The notes under the pieces were generated by a model that ran no database searches, was not told the origin of the DNA, and saw only the letters and a program-made list of their open reading frames with translations. From NCBI GenBank assembly GCA_024234675.1, contig JACKNU010000004.1, positions 21,031 to 85,030 on the forward strand: a stretch of 64,000 nucleotides of DNA, given 5' to 3'. This document shows, piece by piece, positions 33,596 to 46,608 of the stretch (position 1 is the stretch's first letter; each line of letters begins with the position of its first letter). The translations under genes were made by a program, and so were the position numbers. The DNA comes from Pseudomonadales bacterium. GTDB lineage: Bacteria; Pseudomonadota; Gammaproteobacteria; Pseudomonadales; Halieaceae.

Positions 33596-34153
33596 CTAGA
33601 TTTCCATCAGGTCGGCTTCTTTCTCGGCCAGCATTTTTTCAATCTGGGCGATAAAAGAATCGGTCAGTTTCTGAACCTCGTCCTGCCCGCGCCGCTCGTC
33701 GTCCTCGCCGATTTCCTTGTCCTTGACCAACTCCTTGAGCATGGCCATGGCGTCGCGGCGGGCATTGCGCACCGATACCCGGGCTGATTCCGCCTCGTGC
33801 CGCGCCTGCCGGATAAAGCCCTTGCGGGTTTCCTCTGTCAGCATGGGCATGGGTATGCGGATAACACCACCCGCGGTGGATGGGTTGAGGCCCAGGTCGG
33901 ACTTCATGATGGCGCGCTCTATCTGCGGCACCGAGGACTTGTCCCAGGGCGTCAGGGACAGGGTGCGGGCATCCTCGACCGAGATATTGGCCATCTGGTT
34001 GATCGGCGTTTCCGCGCCGTAGTAATCGACCCGCAAACCGTCCAGCAGGCTGGGGTGAGCGCGGCCCGTGCGGATCTTGTTGAAATTGTGCACCAGCGCC
34101 TCGCGGCTCTTTTCCATGCGCTCGCGGGCTTCAGTCTTGATGTCGTCGATCAA
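33596..34153 (-). CDS. frr: ribosome recycling factor
   Basis: 185 aa with typical RRF sequence ([20 protein letters not shown]). Confidence 0.95.
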   Translation of the reverse strand: MIDDIKTEARERMEKSREALVHNFNKIRTGRAHPSLLDGLRVDYYGAETPINQMANISVEDARTLSLTPWDKSSVPQIERAIMKSDLGLNPSTAGGVIRIPMPMLTEETRKGFIRQARHEAESARVSVRNARRDAMAMLKELVKDKEIGEDDERRGQDEVQKLTDSFIAQIEKMLAEKEADLMEI

Positions 34154-34186
34154 TGTTTTTCTCCCTCGTGACCCTTCGGGACAGCG

Positions 34187-34912
34187 CTACTCGATCAGAG
34201 TACCGTCATCGCCGCCCCTGACAATATTGAGCAGCGCCCCGCGCTTCTCCATTTCAAACACCCTGACCGGCATATTGTGATCGCGGCACAGGCAGATAGC
34301 GGTCAGATCCATGACTTCCAGTTTCTTGTCCAGCACCTCGTCATAGGTAAGCCGGTCGTACTTGATGGCGTCGGGCACTTTCATGGGATCCGCCGAATAG
34401 ACCCCGTCCACCTTGGTGGCCTTGAGCACCAGCTCCGCATCCACTTCGATACCGCGCAGGCAGGCGGAGGAATCGGTGGTAAAGAACGGGTTGCCGGTAC
34501 CGGCGGCAAAAATCACCACGTCCCCGTTGTTGAGGGCGCGAATCGCCTTGCGGCGATCATAGTGATCCACCACGCCGCTCATCGGGATAGCCGACATGAC
34601 CTGGGTGGATATATTGGAGCGCTCCAGGGCGTCGCGCAGGGCCAGGGCGTTCATCACCGTGGCCAGCATGCCCATGTGGTCGCCGGTCACGCGATCCAGG
34701 CCCGCCGCCTGCAGCGCCGCGCCGCGAAACAGGTTGCCGCCGCCGACCACCAGCCCCACCTGCACGCCGATCCCGACCAGTTGCCCGACTTCCAGCGCCA
34801 TGAGGTCGAGAATTTTGGGGTCTATACCGAAATTCTGGCTACCCGTCAGGGCCTCGCCACTGAGTTTGAGCAATATGCGTTTATATTTTTTGTCTCCCGC
34901 TGACTGGGGCAT
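34187..34912 (-). CDS. pyrH: UMP kinase
   Basis: [13 protein letters not shown] and [13 protein letters not shown] motifs. Confidence 0.95.
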   Translation of the reverse strand: MPQSAGDKKYKRILLKLSGEALTGSQNFGIDPKILDLMALEVGQLVGIGVQVGLVVGGGNLFRGAALQAAGLDRVTGDHMGMLATVMNALALRDALERSNISTQVMSAIPMSGVVDHYDRRKAIRALNNGDVVIFAAGTGNPFFTTDSSACLRGIEVDAELVLKATKVDGVYSADPMKVPDAIKYDRLTYDEVLDKKLEVMDLTAICLCRDHNMPVRVFEMEKRGALLNIVRGGDDGTLIE

Positions 34913-34989
34913 AAGGTCCTCTCCTGAGCTGAGCCGTATCTTACAGGACTCACCGCCAACACCCTAGTGTACCGTAGGGGTGTCGGGCG

Positions 34990-35016
34990 AAAAAAAACGG
35001 GGCCTGCGCCCCGTTT
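34990..35016 (-). terminator. rho-independent terminator after tsf
   Basis: On the minus strand, ACGGGGC-GCAG-GCCCCGT is followed by T8. Confidence 0.75.
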
Positions 35017-35037
35017 GTGTGTGGTGATTGCGCCTGC

Positions 35038-35895
35038 TCAGCCCCTGAGTTGGGCGGCCACTTCTTCGGCGAAATCGACTTTATCGACCGCGATACCCTC
35101 ACCCACCTCAAAGCGGACGAACTCGGCCACGCCGGCACCGGCGTTGCCCACCAGCTTGGCGACGGTGATTTCCGGGTCCTTGACGAAGGCCTGCTCCAGC
35201 AGGCTGTTTTCCGCCAGGAATTTCTTGATGCGGCCACCGATCATCTTCTCGATGATCTCGGCGGGCTTGCCGGAATCCTGGGCCTGGGCGGTGTAGATCT
35301 CCTTTTCCTTGGCGATAACCTCCTCGGGCATATCCGCAGGGGAGACTACCTGGGGATTCACAGCCGCCACGTGCATGGCCACATCCTTGGCCAGGTCGCC
35401 GTCACCGCCTGTCAGGGCGACCAGCACCCCGATGCGGTTGTTGCCGTGGACATAGGCGCCAACCACGCCGGCATCGGCACTGAGCATGGCGATGCGACGC
35501 ACACCGATGTTCTCGCCGATCTTCTGCACCAGGGCCTCGCGGGCGGCCTCCAGCTCGCCGGCCATGAGCGCCTCGACATCGGTCTGCTTGCCCGTGAAGG
35601 CCGCGTCCACGACCTTGTCCACGAAGGCCAGGAAACCGGCGTCGCGGGCCACGAAATCGGTCTCACTGTTGATCTCGGCCAGTACAGCGTAGCTGCCGTC
35701 ATCGGCAACACGGGCGGCGATCACGCCGTCAGCCGCGGTGCGGCCGGCTTTCTTGGCGGCCTTCATGCCACTGGACTTGCGCAGCTCCTCGATAGCCTGC
35801 TCGACATCCCCATCGCATGCCGCCAGGGCTTTCTTACACTCCAGCAAGCCGAGCCCGGTGCGCTCGCGTAGTTCCTTAACCAGTGCTGCAGACAT
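35038..35895 (-). CDS. tsf: translation elongation factor Ts
   Basis: 285 aa starting [24 protein letters not shown]. Confidence 0.95.
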   Translation of the reverse strand: MSAALVKELRERTGLGLLECKKALAACDGDVEQAIEELRKSSGMKAAKKAGRTAADGVIAARVADDGSYAVLAEINSETDFVARDAGFLAFVDKVVDAAFTGKQTDVEALMAGELEAAREALVQKIGENIGVRRIAMLSADAGVVGAYVHGNNRIGVLVALTGGDGDLAKDVAMHVAAVNPQVVSPADMPEEVIAKEKEIYTAQAQDSGKPAEIIEKMIGGRIKKFLAENSLLEQAFVKDPEITVAKLVGNAGAGVAEFVRFEVGEGIAVDKVDFAEEVAAQLRG

Positions 35896-36026
35896 TTTGC
35901 TCCTCCTCTTGAAACCCCGCCAACCCGGGGCTTAAAAATAAAAACCCCGGCGTCTTTACCACCAGGGGAAAACAGGATGCGGCACCGATCCTACGCCGGC
36001 GCCGACTTCAGGCCGCGATTCGCTTA

Positions 36027-36830
36027 TCAGTTGCCCGTGCTTTCCTGCACTTCGGCGGACGCTGCAACCGGTGCTTCTGCCGCTTCTGCAACCGGCTCTG
36101 GCGCGGCCTCCTCAACGAAATCGTCCCTGGCCACGACCGGCTCACCGGACTCGGCCCTGCCCGCCAGGCAGGCATCGGCCACTGCCGTCACATACAACTT
36201 GACGGCGCGGATGGCGTCGTCGTTGCCGGGGATCACGTAATCAACCCCATCGGGGTTGCTGTTGGTGTCGACAATGCCGATCACCGGAATGCCGAGCTTG
36301 TTGGCCTCGGTTATGGCGATTCGCTCGTGGTCAACGTCCACCACGAACAGGGCGTCGGGCAGCCCACCCATGCTCTTGATACCGCCGATGCTGCGCTCCA
36401 GCTTCTCCATATCGCGGCTGCGCATCAGCGCTTCCTTCTTGGTCAGCTTGGCGAAGGTACCGTCACCCAACTGTGCTTCCAGGTCGCGCAGGCGCTTGAT
36501 GGAGGCGCGGATGGTCTTGTAGTTGGTGAGCATGCCGCCCAGCCAGCGATGGCTGACGTAAGGCATGCCGGCGCGTTCCGCCTGCTCCTTGATGATCTTG
36601 CCCGCGGCGCGCTTGGTGCCGACGAACAATACCTTGTTCTTGTTGGCGGCCATACGCTTCACCAGTTCCAGCGCTTCGTTGAAGGCCGGCACGGTGTGCT
36701 CGAGGTTGATGATATGGATCTTGTTGCGGGCACCGAAGATGTACTGGTCCATCTTGGGGTTCCAGTAACGGGTCTGGTGACCGAAGTGGGCGCCCGCCTG
36801 CAGCAGGTCGCGCATGCTTACTTGCGACAT
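36027..36830 (-). CDS. rpsB: 30S ribosomal protein S2
   Basis: Start at [27 protein letters not shown] (36830). It has an acidic, Ala/Pro/Glu-rich C-terminal extension. Confidence 0.95.
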   Translation of the reverse strand: MSQVSMRDLLQAGAHFGHQTRYWNPKMDQYIFGARNKIHIINLEHTVPAFNEALELVKRMAANKNKVLFVGTKRAAGKIIKEQAERAGMPYVSHRWLGGMLTNYKTIRASIKRLRDLEAQLGDGTFAKLTKKEALMRSRDMEKLERSIGGIKSMGGLPDALFVVDVDHERIAITEANKLGIPVIGIVDTNSNPDGVDYVIPGNDDAIRAVKLYVTAVADACLAGRAESGEPVVARDDFVEEAAPEPVAEAAEAPVAASAEVQESTGN

Positions 36831-37138
36831 AGTGTCATTACCTTGTAGTTGGGTTATTCCTCCACATACCCCTGCAACCAAACCGGCCGGGCCGGCACCC
36901 TGGAGCAGGTGTCGATATGTGTGCGTCGTTTTCCGCGCGGCTGTGGGTATCCGGGATGGAACCCCGCCTCGCGAAGGCGCGCTTTATACCACAACCGCGC
37001 GGCCGGTTAAAGCGCAACCGCTGCCGCCGGGGCCGGGAAATGCGCCTTTGCTGCTCAAATAAGGTAGAATGTGCCTCCCCCGCTGCGCGGGGTTTTCTGT
37101 TTTATTAGATATTTTTTATATTATTCAAAGGGTTATAG

Positions 37139-37918
37139 ATGGCAGTAACAATCAAGACAGCGGCCGAGTTAGAGAAGATGCGAGTGGCCGGGCGCATGGC
37201 CGCCGAGGTGCTGGAAATGATTGAGCCCAGGGTGCAGCCCGGTATGACCACCGGGGAGATCGACCGCATCTGCCACGAGTACATCACCGACACCCTGCAG
37301 GCCATACCCGCACCGCTGAACTACAACGGCTTTCCCCGCTCTATCTGCACCTCCGTCAACGACGTGATCTGCCACGGCATCCCCTCGGACACCCGCAGGC
37401 TCAAAAATGGCGACATCGTCAACATCGACGTGACGGTCATCAAGGACGAGTTTCACGGGGACACCAGCATCATGGTCCAGGTGGGCGAGGTGGCGCCCCA
37501 CGCCCAGCGCCTGATCCAGGTCACCCAGGAATGCCTCTACCTGGCCCTGGAAGTGGTCAAACCCGGCGCGACCCTGGGGGACATCGGCCATGTCATCCAG
37601 CGGCACGCCGAGAAGAACTACTACTCCGTGGTACGCGAGTACTGCGGCCACGGCATTGGCCGGGTCTTCCACGAGGATCCCCAGGTCCTGCATTACGGCC
37701 GCAAGGGCGCGGGGCTGGTGCTGGAGCCGGGCATGACCTTTACCATCGAACCCATGATCAACGCCGGGCGCCGTCACACCAAGCTGAACCAGAAGGATGG
37801 CTGGACCGTAACAACCCGCGATGGACGCCTGTCCGCCCAGTGGGAGCACACCCTGGGTGTCACCGCCACCGGCTGCGAGGTATATACCCGCCGCAGCAAC
37901 GAGTCGCTTCCGGTATAA
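37139..37918 (+). CDS. map: type I methionine aminopeptidase
   Basis: 259 aa with CHGIP, DIVNIDV, YCGHGIG and EPM motifs. Confidence 0.95.
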   Translation: MAVTIKTAAELEKMRVAGRMAAEVLEMIEPRVQPGMTTGEIDRICHEYITDTLQAIPAPLNYNGFPRSICTSVNDVICHGIPSDTRRLKNGDIVNIDVTVIKDEFHGDTSIMVQVGEVAPHAQRLIQVTQECLYLALEVVKPGATLGDIGHVIQRHAEKNYYSVVREYCGHGIGRVFHEDPQVLHYGRKGAGLVLEPGMTFTIEPMINAGRRHTKLNQKDGWTVTTRDGRLSAQWEHTLGVTATGCEVYTRRSNESLPV

Positions 37919-37920
37919 CC

Positions 37921-40593
37921 ATGGACGCCAACGTCAGCGCACTGCCCGCTGCCCTGTTCGATCCCGCGGCCCTGGCCCGGCAACTGGCCGACGGCAAGGC
38001 GATCGACGGTTGCAAACAGGCCATCGCCGTAGCCACCGACTACCTGCACCAGCGCTTCCGGGAGGGCGAGCAGGCGGGCGCGCTGATCCGCCTGCGGGCG
38101 CGTTTTATAGATACCCTGCTGGGAGCCCTCTGGGAGCACCAAAACTGGGACGGGGCCGACCTCGCGCTGGTCGCGGTAGGCGGCTACGGGCGCGGGGAAC
38201 TGCACCCTCACTCCGACATCGATATCCTCATCCTGCTGGGCGAGCAGGAGCAGGATTGCAAGCCCACCCTGGAGCGCTTTCTCACCCTGTTGTGGGATAT
38301 CGGCCTGGTCATAGGCCACAGCGTGCGCACCGTGGCGGAGTGCGTGAAAAAAGCCCGGGAAGACATCACCATCCTCACCAACCTGATGGAGGCCCGCACC
38401 CTGCGCGGCCCCGAGGCGCTGATGCAGCGGGTGCGCGAACTCACCGGACCGGAGCGGATGTGGCCCAGCCCGGATTTTTTCCGCGCCAAGCTGGAGGAAC
38501 AGCGCGAACGGCACACCAAGTTCGCGGACACCGAGTACAACCTGGAACCCAACGTGAAGAGCTGCCCCGGCGGCCTGCGCGACCTGCAGATCATCGGCTG
38601 GCTGGCAGAGCGTCATTTCGGGGTGCGCTCGGTAGAGGAAATCACCGACTCCGATTTCCTGGACCCCGAGGAGATGGAGATTTTCACCCGCGGCCGCGAG
38701 TTCATGTGGAAGGTCCGCTACGCCCTGCACATGATCACCGACCGGGAGGAGGACCGGCTGCTGTTTGATCACCAGCGCGCCCTGGCGGAACTGTGGGGCT
38801 TCGAGGACGGCGATCGCCTCGCGGTAGAGCAGTTCATGCAGACCTATTACCGCTGGGCCCTGGCCCTGGGCCAGTTGAACGAAGTGCTGATCCAGAACTT
38901 CGACCAGGCCATTCTGCGCCCCGACCAGGCCAATGTGGTCAAGGTCATCAATGACCACTTCCAACTGCGCAACGGCTATCTCGAGGCCCGCGACGAGAGG
39001 GTCTTCGACCGGGCGCCGTCCGCCCTGCTGGAAGCCTTCCTGCTGTGCGCCAACCTGGAGGAGTCGGAGGGTGTGGCAGCGCCCACCATTCGCCTTATCC
39101 GCAACAATCGCCACCTCATCGACGACAGCTTCCGGGCCGACCCGGAAAACCGCCGCACCTTCCTGGCGATACTGCGTTCACCGAACAAACTGGCGCGGCA
39201 ACTGCGACGCATGAGCCGCTACGGCATTCTGGGGGAATACCTGCCCGAGTTCGGCCGCATCGTCGGCCAGATGCAACACGACCTGTTTCACGCCTACACC
39301 GTGGACGCCCACACCCTGGAGGTCGTCAAGAACGCGCGCCGCTTCCACTATCCCGAGTACGCCGAGCGCTTTCCTGTCTCCAGCCGGGTAGCCAGGCGGC
39401 TGCGGGCCCCGGAACTGCTTTACATAGCGGCTTTGTACCACGATATTGGCAAGGGCCGCGGTGGCGATCACTCGGAGCTGGGCGCGGTCGATGCAGAGCG
39501 CTTCTGCCGCGATCACGGCCTGGACCAGCGCGACACCGAACTGGTCACCTGGCTGGTCCGCAATCACCTGGTTATGTCGGCGGTGTCCCAGCGCAAGGAT
39601 ATATCCGACCCGCAAGTCATCCAGGCGTTCGCCGAGCACGTCGGCGACCAGGAACACCTGGACTACCTGCTGTGCCTCACGGTCGCCGACATCAACGCCA
39701 CCAACCCCACCCTGTGGAACGCCTGGCGGGGCAGCCTGCTGCGCCAGTTGTATACCGAAACCAGGCGCGCCCTGACCCGGGGACTGGAGAATCCTGTGGA
39801 CAAGCAGTCCTGGGTGGACAAGAGCCGCCGCAACGCCAGCGAGATACTCGAGGACCGTGGTTTCACCACCGAGGAACTGGATGAGCTCTGGCGGGAACGC
39901 GGGGAGGACTACTTCCTGCGGGAGCGGGCCGAGGATATCGCCTGGCACACCGAGGCGATCGCCAACCACCACAAACGCGACAAGGCGCTGGTGCTGATCC
40001 GCAACAACGCCGAATCCGTGGTGGCCAACACCACCCAGATATTCATCCACGCCCGCAGCGATGCCCAGCTGTTCTCCCGTATCTGCGCCGAGCTCGAGCA
40101 ACTGGACCTGAGCGTGCACGACGCGCGCATCTACAACGGCAACGACGGTATGAGCCTTGACACTTTCTACGTCCTGGATTCCAACGGCAAGCCCATCGAC
40201 GAGGACGGCAAGCGCCTGAAACACATCAAGCAGCATCTCACCGAGGTGCTCTCGGAGGCGCCCACCAGTCCCCAGATCGTGCAGCGGCGCACTCCGCGGC
40301 GGGTGCGCTCCCTGTCCATGCCCACCGAGACCAGCATGTTTATCGACAACATCAAGAATGTGTCGGTACTGGAAGTGGCCTCGCCGGACCGCCCGGGCCT
40401 GCTGGCCCGCATCGGCAAGATATTCGTGCAATACGGTGTCGTGCTGCAGGCAGCCAAGATCCAGACGCTGGGAGAGCGGGTGGAAGACGTATTCTTCATC
40501 ACCGACGAGCACCTGCAACCCATCAGCGACCCCGAACGCTGCCAGGCCATACAGCAGGCCATCTGTCGGGAGCTGGACGGGCAGGCGGCCTGA
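37921..40593 (+). CDS. glnD: [protein-PII] uridylyltransferase/uridylyl-removing enzyme
   Basis: Start at MDANVSAL (37921), in frame with tracked ORF 37531..40593. Carries the GGYGRGELHPHSDIDILIL nucleotidyltransferase motif, an HD domain and two C-terminal ACT-like regions. Confidence 0.92.
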   Translation: MDANVSALPAALFDPAALARQLADGKAIDGCKQAIAVATDYLHQRFREGEQAGALIRLRARFIDTLLGALWEHQNWDGADLALVAVGGYGRGELHPHSDIDILILLGEQEQDCKPTLERFLTLLWDIGLVIGHSVRTVAECVKKAREDITILTNLMEARTLRGPEALMQRVRELTGPERMWPSPDFFRAKLEEQRERHTKFADTEYNLEPNVKSCPGGLRDLQIIGWLAERHFGVRSVEEITDSDFLDPEEMEIFTRGREFMWKVRYALHMITDREEDRLLFDHQRALAELWGFEDGDRLAVEQFMQTYYRWALALGQLNEVLIQNFDQAILRPDQANVVKVINDHFQLRNGYLEARDERVFDRAPSALLEAFLLCANLEESEGVAAPTIRLIRNNRHLIDDSFRADPENRRTFLAILRSPNKLARQLRRMSRYGILGEYLPEFGRIVGQMQHDLFHAYTVDAHTLEVVKNARRFHYPEYAERFPVSSRVARRLRAPELLYIAALYHDIGKGRGGDHSELGAVDAERFCRDHGLDQRDTELVTWLVRNHLVMSAVSQRKDISDPQVIQAFAEHVGDQEHLDYLLCLTVADINATNPTLWNAWRGSLLRQLYTETRRALTRGLENPVDKQSWVDKSRRNASEILEDRGFTTEELDELWRERGEDYFLRERAEDIAWHTEAIANHHKRDKALVLIRNNAESVVANTTQIFIHARSDAQLFSRICAELEQLDLSVHDARIYNGNDGMSLDTFYVLDSNGKPIDEDGKRLKHIKQHLTEVLSEAPTSPQIVQRRTPRRVRSLSMPTETSMFIDNIKNVSVLEVASPDRPGLLARIGKIFVQYGVVLQAAKIQTLGERVEDVFFITDEHLQPISDPERCQAIQQAICRELDGQAA

Positions 40594-40599
40594 AACCAC

Positions 40600-41790
40600 A
40601 TGAACCCGCTCCTGCGCCAGTTGCAGCCCTATCCCTTTGAACGCCTGCGCCGCTTATTCGCCGGGGCCACCCCCCCGGCGGACAGGGCCCCCATCAACCT
40701 GTCCATCGGCGAGCCCCGGCACGCGGCGCCGCCCTTCGTGCTGGCGACCATAGCAGACAACCTGGACAAACTGGCCAACTACCCCGCCACCGCCGGCATC
40801 CCCGCACTGCGCGAGGCCATCGCCGGCTGGCTGCAGGGACGTTTCGGACTGCCCGCGATCGATGCGGACCAGCAGGTCCTGCCGGTAAACGGCACCCGGG
40901 AGGCGCTGTTCGCCTTCGCCCAGGCGGTCGTTGCCCCCGCCAGCGGCGCCCTGGTATTCAGCCCCAACCCCTTCTACCAGATCTACGAGGGCGCCGCCCT
41001 GCTGGCAGGCGCCGGGCTGCATTATCTCGACTGCACGCCCGAGTCCGGCCTGTTGCCCGATTTTGGCAGCGTCACCGCGGACCAGTGGCAGCGCTGCCGG
41101 TTGCTGTACCTGTGCAGCCCGGGCAATCCCACCGGGGCGGTGATGCCGCTGCCACGCCTGCAGCAGCTGGTGGAGCTGGCTCTGGAGCACGATTTCGTGA
41201 TCGCCGGCGACGAGTGCTATTCGGAAATCTATTTCGACGAGGACTCACCCCCGCCCGGGTTGCTGCAGGCCTGTGTCGCGGCGGGCAACAGCGACTACCG
41301 CAACTGCGTGGTGTTCCACAGCCTGTCAAAACGCTCCAACCTGCCGGGCTTGCGCTCGGGGTTCGTGGCCGGCGATGCGGCCATCCTGCGGGATTTCCTG
41401 CTGTACCGCACCTACCACGGCTGCGCCATGCCGCTGCACCACCAGCTGGGCAGTATCGCCGCCTGGGAGGATGAGGAGCATGTGCGCGCCAACCGCCAGC
41501 TGTACCGCGACAAATTCGCGGCGGTGCTGGCGGAACTGGACGGCCGGCTACGGGTGACGGCACCCGACGCCGGCTTCTACCTGTGGCCACAACTTGATGG
41601 CAGCGACACCGCTTTCGCCCGCCGCCTGTTCGAAACCGAACATGTCACGGTGCTGCCCGGCAGCTTCCTGGCCCGCGACGTCCGGGGCATCAATCCCGGG
41701 GCAAACCGCCTGCGCATGGCCCTGGTTGCCGAGCACCAGCAGTGCGTCGAAGCGGCCCGGCGCATGGTGCGCTGCCTGCAAGCGCGGTAG
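40600..41790 (+). CDS. dapC: succinyldiaminopimelate transaminase (class I aminotransferase)
   Basis: 396 aa starting MNPLLRQLQPYPFERLRRL, with an SLSKRSNLPGLRSG PLP-lysine region. Located downstream of glnD, as in pseudomonads. Confidence 0.8.
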   Translation: MNPLLRQLQPYPFERLRRLFAGATPPADRAPINLSIGEPRHAAPPFVLATIADNLDKLANYPATAGIPALREAIAGWLQGRFGLPAIDADQQVLPVNGTREALFAFAQAVVAPASGALVFSPNPFYQIYEGAALLAGAGLHYLDCTPESGLLPDFGSVTADQWQRCRLLYLCSPGNPTGAVMPLPRLQQLVELALEHDFVIAGDECYSEIYFDEDSPPPGLLQACVAAGNSDYRNCVVFHSLSKRSNLPGLRSGFVAGDAAILRDFLLYRTYHGCAMPLHHQLGSIAAWEDEEHVRANRQLYRDKFAAVLAELDGRLRVTAPDAGFYLWPQLDGSDTAFARRLFETEHVTVLPGSFLARDVRGINPGANRLRMALVAEHQQCVEAARRMVRCLQAR

Positions 41791-41798
41791 GCCGGGCC

Positions 41799-42452
41799 AT
41801 GCTGAAGGCCCAACGCGCCGCCTTCGTCCTGCAACGCCTGCAGGAGCTGTACCCGGAAACCCCGATCCCGCTGGACCACAGCGACGCCTTCACCCTGCTG
41901 GTGGCGGTGCTGCTCAGCGCCCAGTGCACCGACGAGCGGGTCAACCAGGTCACCCCCGCCCTGTTTGCCCTGGCCGACAACCCGGCGGAGATGGCGCGCC
42001 TGGAGGTGGAGCAGATCCAGGCCATCATCCGGCCCTGCGGTTTATCGCCGCAGAAGGCACGGGCGATAAAGCGCCTGAGCGAGATCCTGCTGGAAGAACA
42101 CGGCGGCGAGGTACCGGCGGACATGGCGGCGCTGGAGCGCCTCCCGGGGGTGGGCCACAAGACGGCTTCGGTGGTGATGTCCCAGGCCTTCGGCGTGCCG
42201 GCGTTCCCGGTGGACACCCACATCCACCGCCTGGCCCAGCGCTGGGGCCTGTCCAGCGGCAAGAATGTGGTGCAGACGGAAAAGGACCTGAAACGCCTGT
42301 TCCCGGAAGAACACTGGAACCGCCTGCACCTGCAGATCATCTACTACGGCCGCGAATACTGCACGGCCCGCGGCTGCGACGGCCGCAGCTGCGAGATCTG
42401 CCGCACCTGCTACCCGGATCGCAAGCACCCCAAGAAGACGCGCAAGGCATAG
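41799..42452 (+). CDS. nth: endonuclease III
   Basis: HhH-GPD motif (LPGVGHKTASVV), DTHIHR, and a C-terminal Cys cluster CTARGCDGRSCEICRTC. Start at MLKAQRAAF. Confidence 0.85.
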   Translation: MLKAQRAAFVLQRLQELYPETPIPLDHSDAFTLLVAVLLSAQCTDERVNQVTPALFALADNPAEMARLEVEQIQAIIRPCGLSPQKARAIKRLSEILLEEHGGEVPADMAALERLPGVGHKTASVVMSQAFGVPAFPVDTHIHRLAQRWGLSSGKNVVQTEKDLKRLFPEEHWNRLHLQIIYYGREYCTARGCDGRSCEICRTCYPDRKHPKKTRKA

Positions 42453-42637
42453 GGTTCATTGAAAACTTGTAAACTCTGTGCGGCTCCGTTCGTGGCGCAG
42501 AGCAGGGGTTACCTCGCTGCACGGCTGCGGCCCTCCGGGCCGCGGACATGGAGCCAGGACATACCCGGACACCTGACGCTGCAGCAAGCAACCAAGCGGG
42601 CAAACTAAAATACCCGGGCAATCCCCTGCGTAGTGCG

Positions 42638-43066
42638 TCAGATCGCCGCGAAAAACGCCCTGAACACCATCACCCACAGGACGATGGACGACAGGATGTA
42701 CACCGCGAAGCGGTGCGCCACCCGGTTGTAGCTGCAGTGGATCAGGCTGTGCAGCGCCCGCAGGGCCAGGAAGGCCCAGGCGCAGTTGAGGTAAAAGCCG
42801 TCGACCTGCGAGGTCGCGGTGAGGTACAGGCAGAGCGCGTAAAAAATGACCGGCAGCTCGAACAGGTTCTTGAAATTATTGCTGGGGGCGGATTGGTCCC
42901 CGGGAATAAGGGCCTGCACGTCCGCGGGGGTCTTGAACTGCTCAATATCCAGTTTGTGCTTGCGGGCAAACCCCACTCGCGTCACAAACAGGGTGAGCCA
43001 CACCAGCAGGGTCAGCAGCATCATGCCCAACATGGGCAGGGCCAGTCCGGTTGTTGCCATGGTCAT
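42638..43066 (-). CDS. MAPEG family membrane protein
   Basis: 142 aa with 4 TM segments. The pattern ...R......N..E..P.F...H resembles MAPEG / glutathione-transferase-like membrane proteins. Confidence 0.6.
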   Translation of the reverse strand: MTMATTGLALPMLGMMLLTLLVWLTLFVTRVGFARKHKLDIEQFKTPADVQALIPGDQSAPSNNFKNLFELPVIFYALCLYLTATSQVDGFYLNCAWAFLALRALHSLIHCSYNRVAHRFAVYILSSIVLWVMVFRAFFAAI

Positions 43067-43207
43067 CGCGTATCACCTCGTCATTATTGTAGAAAGCTCG
43101 CGCCGCCAGGACACCTCGGCGACATGCTCCGCGGCACACCTCGCTATATCTGGGGCGCCCGATTTGCTATGCTACGCGGCCTTCGCAAAACAGGGTAGTA
43201 CTGGGCC

Positions 43208-43564
43208 TTGATTACTCTCTACGGCATCAAAAACTGCGACACCGTCAAAAAGGCCCGCAACTGGCTGGACCTGCACGGTATCGAGTACCGCTTTCACGAC
43301 TTCCGTGAGGAAGGCCTCGAAGAAGCTGCGGTGGCGGCATGGCTGGCGGAGCTGGGCTGGGAACAACTGGTGAACAAGCGCAGCACCAGCTGGAAGGCAC
43401 TGGCTGCCCGGGACCGGGAGACCATGGATGAGCAGTCCGCGCTGCAGGCGATCATGGCGCAGCCCACCCTGATCAAGCGCCCTTTGCTGGATACCGGCCA
43501 CCAGCGTTTTAGCGGCTTCTCCGCGGCGAATTACCAGAAGATATTCAACCAACACACCCTCTGA
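43208..43564 (+). CDS. ArsC/Spx family protein (YffB-like)
   Basis: TTG start. ITLYGIKNCDTVKKARNWL... is typical of the ArsC-family redox fold. Confidence 0.8.
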   Translation: MITLYGIKNCDTVKKARNWLDLHGIEYRFHDFREEGLEEAAVAAWLAELGWEQLVNKRSTSWKALAARDRETMDEQSALQAIMAQPTLIKRPLLDTGHQRFSGFSAANYQKIFNQHTL

Positions 43565-43591
43565 GCGGGGTCAACCGGACAAGGACTGACG

Positions 43592-45770
<2,179 letters not shown>

Positions 45771-45772
45771 GG

Positions 45773-46549
45773 CTAAAGCGCATCCAGCTGGCGCTGCAAG
45801 CCCTTGCGGGCCAGTTCCAGGTTTACTTCCCCCGGCACGACCAGCACCCTGCCGTTGCCCAGCGCCGCCAGGCTGGCGGACACCACCTCGGCGGACTCCA
45901 TCCACATGCTCGCCGGTACCTGGCTCTTGTCGAAGCCCTGCAGCGGCTCGTGAAACTCGGTATGCGTGTAGCCCGGGCACAGGGCCTGCACTGCTATGCC
46001 GGTGCCCTCCAGTTCGGCCTGCAGGGACTGGGAGAAATAGTTGAGAAAGACCTTGGTGGCACCGTACACCGCCAGACCCCTGCCGGGCAGGAAGGCGCCG
46101 ACGGACGACACATTGATGATGTACCCGCCGCCCCGCTCGCGCATGAACGGTATGGCCGCCCGACACAGGGAAATGGTCGCATCGACATGCAGGTTCACCA
46201 TATCCCGCTGGCCCTGGATGTCGAGGTCGGCAAACTGGCCGAAGGTGCTGAAACCCGCGTTGTTGACGAGGTAGTCCACCGGCCCCTGCTGGCGCAGCGC
46301 CTCCAGGGCCCGGGTCACACCTTCCACGGTATTGAGATCGGCCTCCAGGGGGTGCACTTCCACCTTACCGGCGAGCTCGGCCGCCAGCGCCTGCAGGCGC
46401 TCCGCCCGCCGCGCCACGGCGATAATGACATCGCAACGCCCGGCCAACTGGCGGCAGAAGTCCGCCCCCATGCCGGCCGAGGCGCCGGTTACCATTGCGA
46501 CGGTTTTTGCTGTGGACACAGTCTGGTACTCCTCTATCGAGCCTGGCAA
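45773..46549 (-). CDS. SDR family oxidoreductase
   Basis: TGASAGMG Rossmann motif and a YGATK catalytic motif. The start could be an internal Met. Confidence 0.85.
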   Translation of the reverse strand: MPGSIEEYQTVSTAKTVAMVTGASAGMGADFCRQLAGRCDVIIAVARRAERLQALAAELAGKVEVHPLEADLNTVEGVTRALEALRQQGPVDYLVNNAGFSTFGQFADLDIQGQRDMVNLHVDATISLCRAAIPFMRERGGGYIINVSSVGAFLPGRGLAVYGATKVFLNYFSQSLQAELEGTGIAVQALCPGYTHTEFHEPLQGFDKSQVPASMWMESAEVVSASLAALGNGRVLVVPGEVNLELARKGLQRQLDAL

Positions 46550-46608
46550 AGGCCAGGACCGCCGATGATAGCGCGTGTCGCCTCCTGCTCACAGCCGCGG
46601 GCGTCTGC

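Noticed and set aside
35896-36026. Attenuator or terminator hairpin between rpsB and tsf
   Set aside because: A U-rich tract (TTTTTATTTTT on the minus strand) is present, but the preceding stem has only about 4-5 GC pairs. That is too weak to call.
37531-37920. N-terminal extensions of tracked ORFs (glnD from 37531; also 6019..7395, 13464.., 15037..16731, 31966..33036, 52026..53441, 53096..54148, 41742.., 62147..)
   Set aside because: The extensions overlap upstream genes or repeats and lack homology-like sequence. Internal Met or GTG starts match known protein N-termini or signal peptides and give typical gene junctions.
42453-42637. Possible sRNA or terminator structures between convergent nth and the MAPEG gene
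   Set aside because: Several GC-rich imperfect hairpins are present (for example ctctgtgcg..cgcagag and gcggccctccgggccgc), but none has a U-tract or conserved motif. There is no evidence for a discrete RNA gene.
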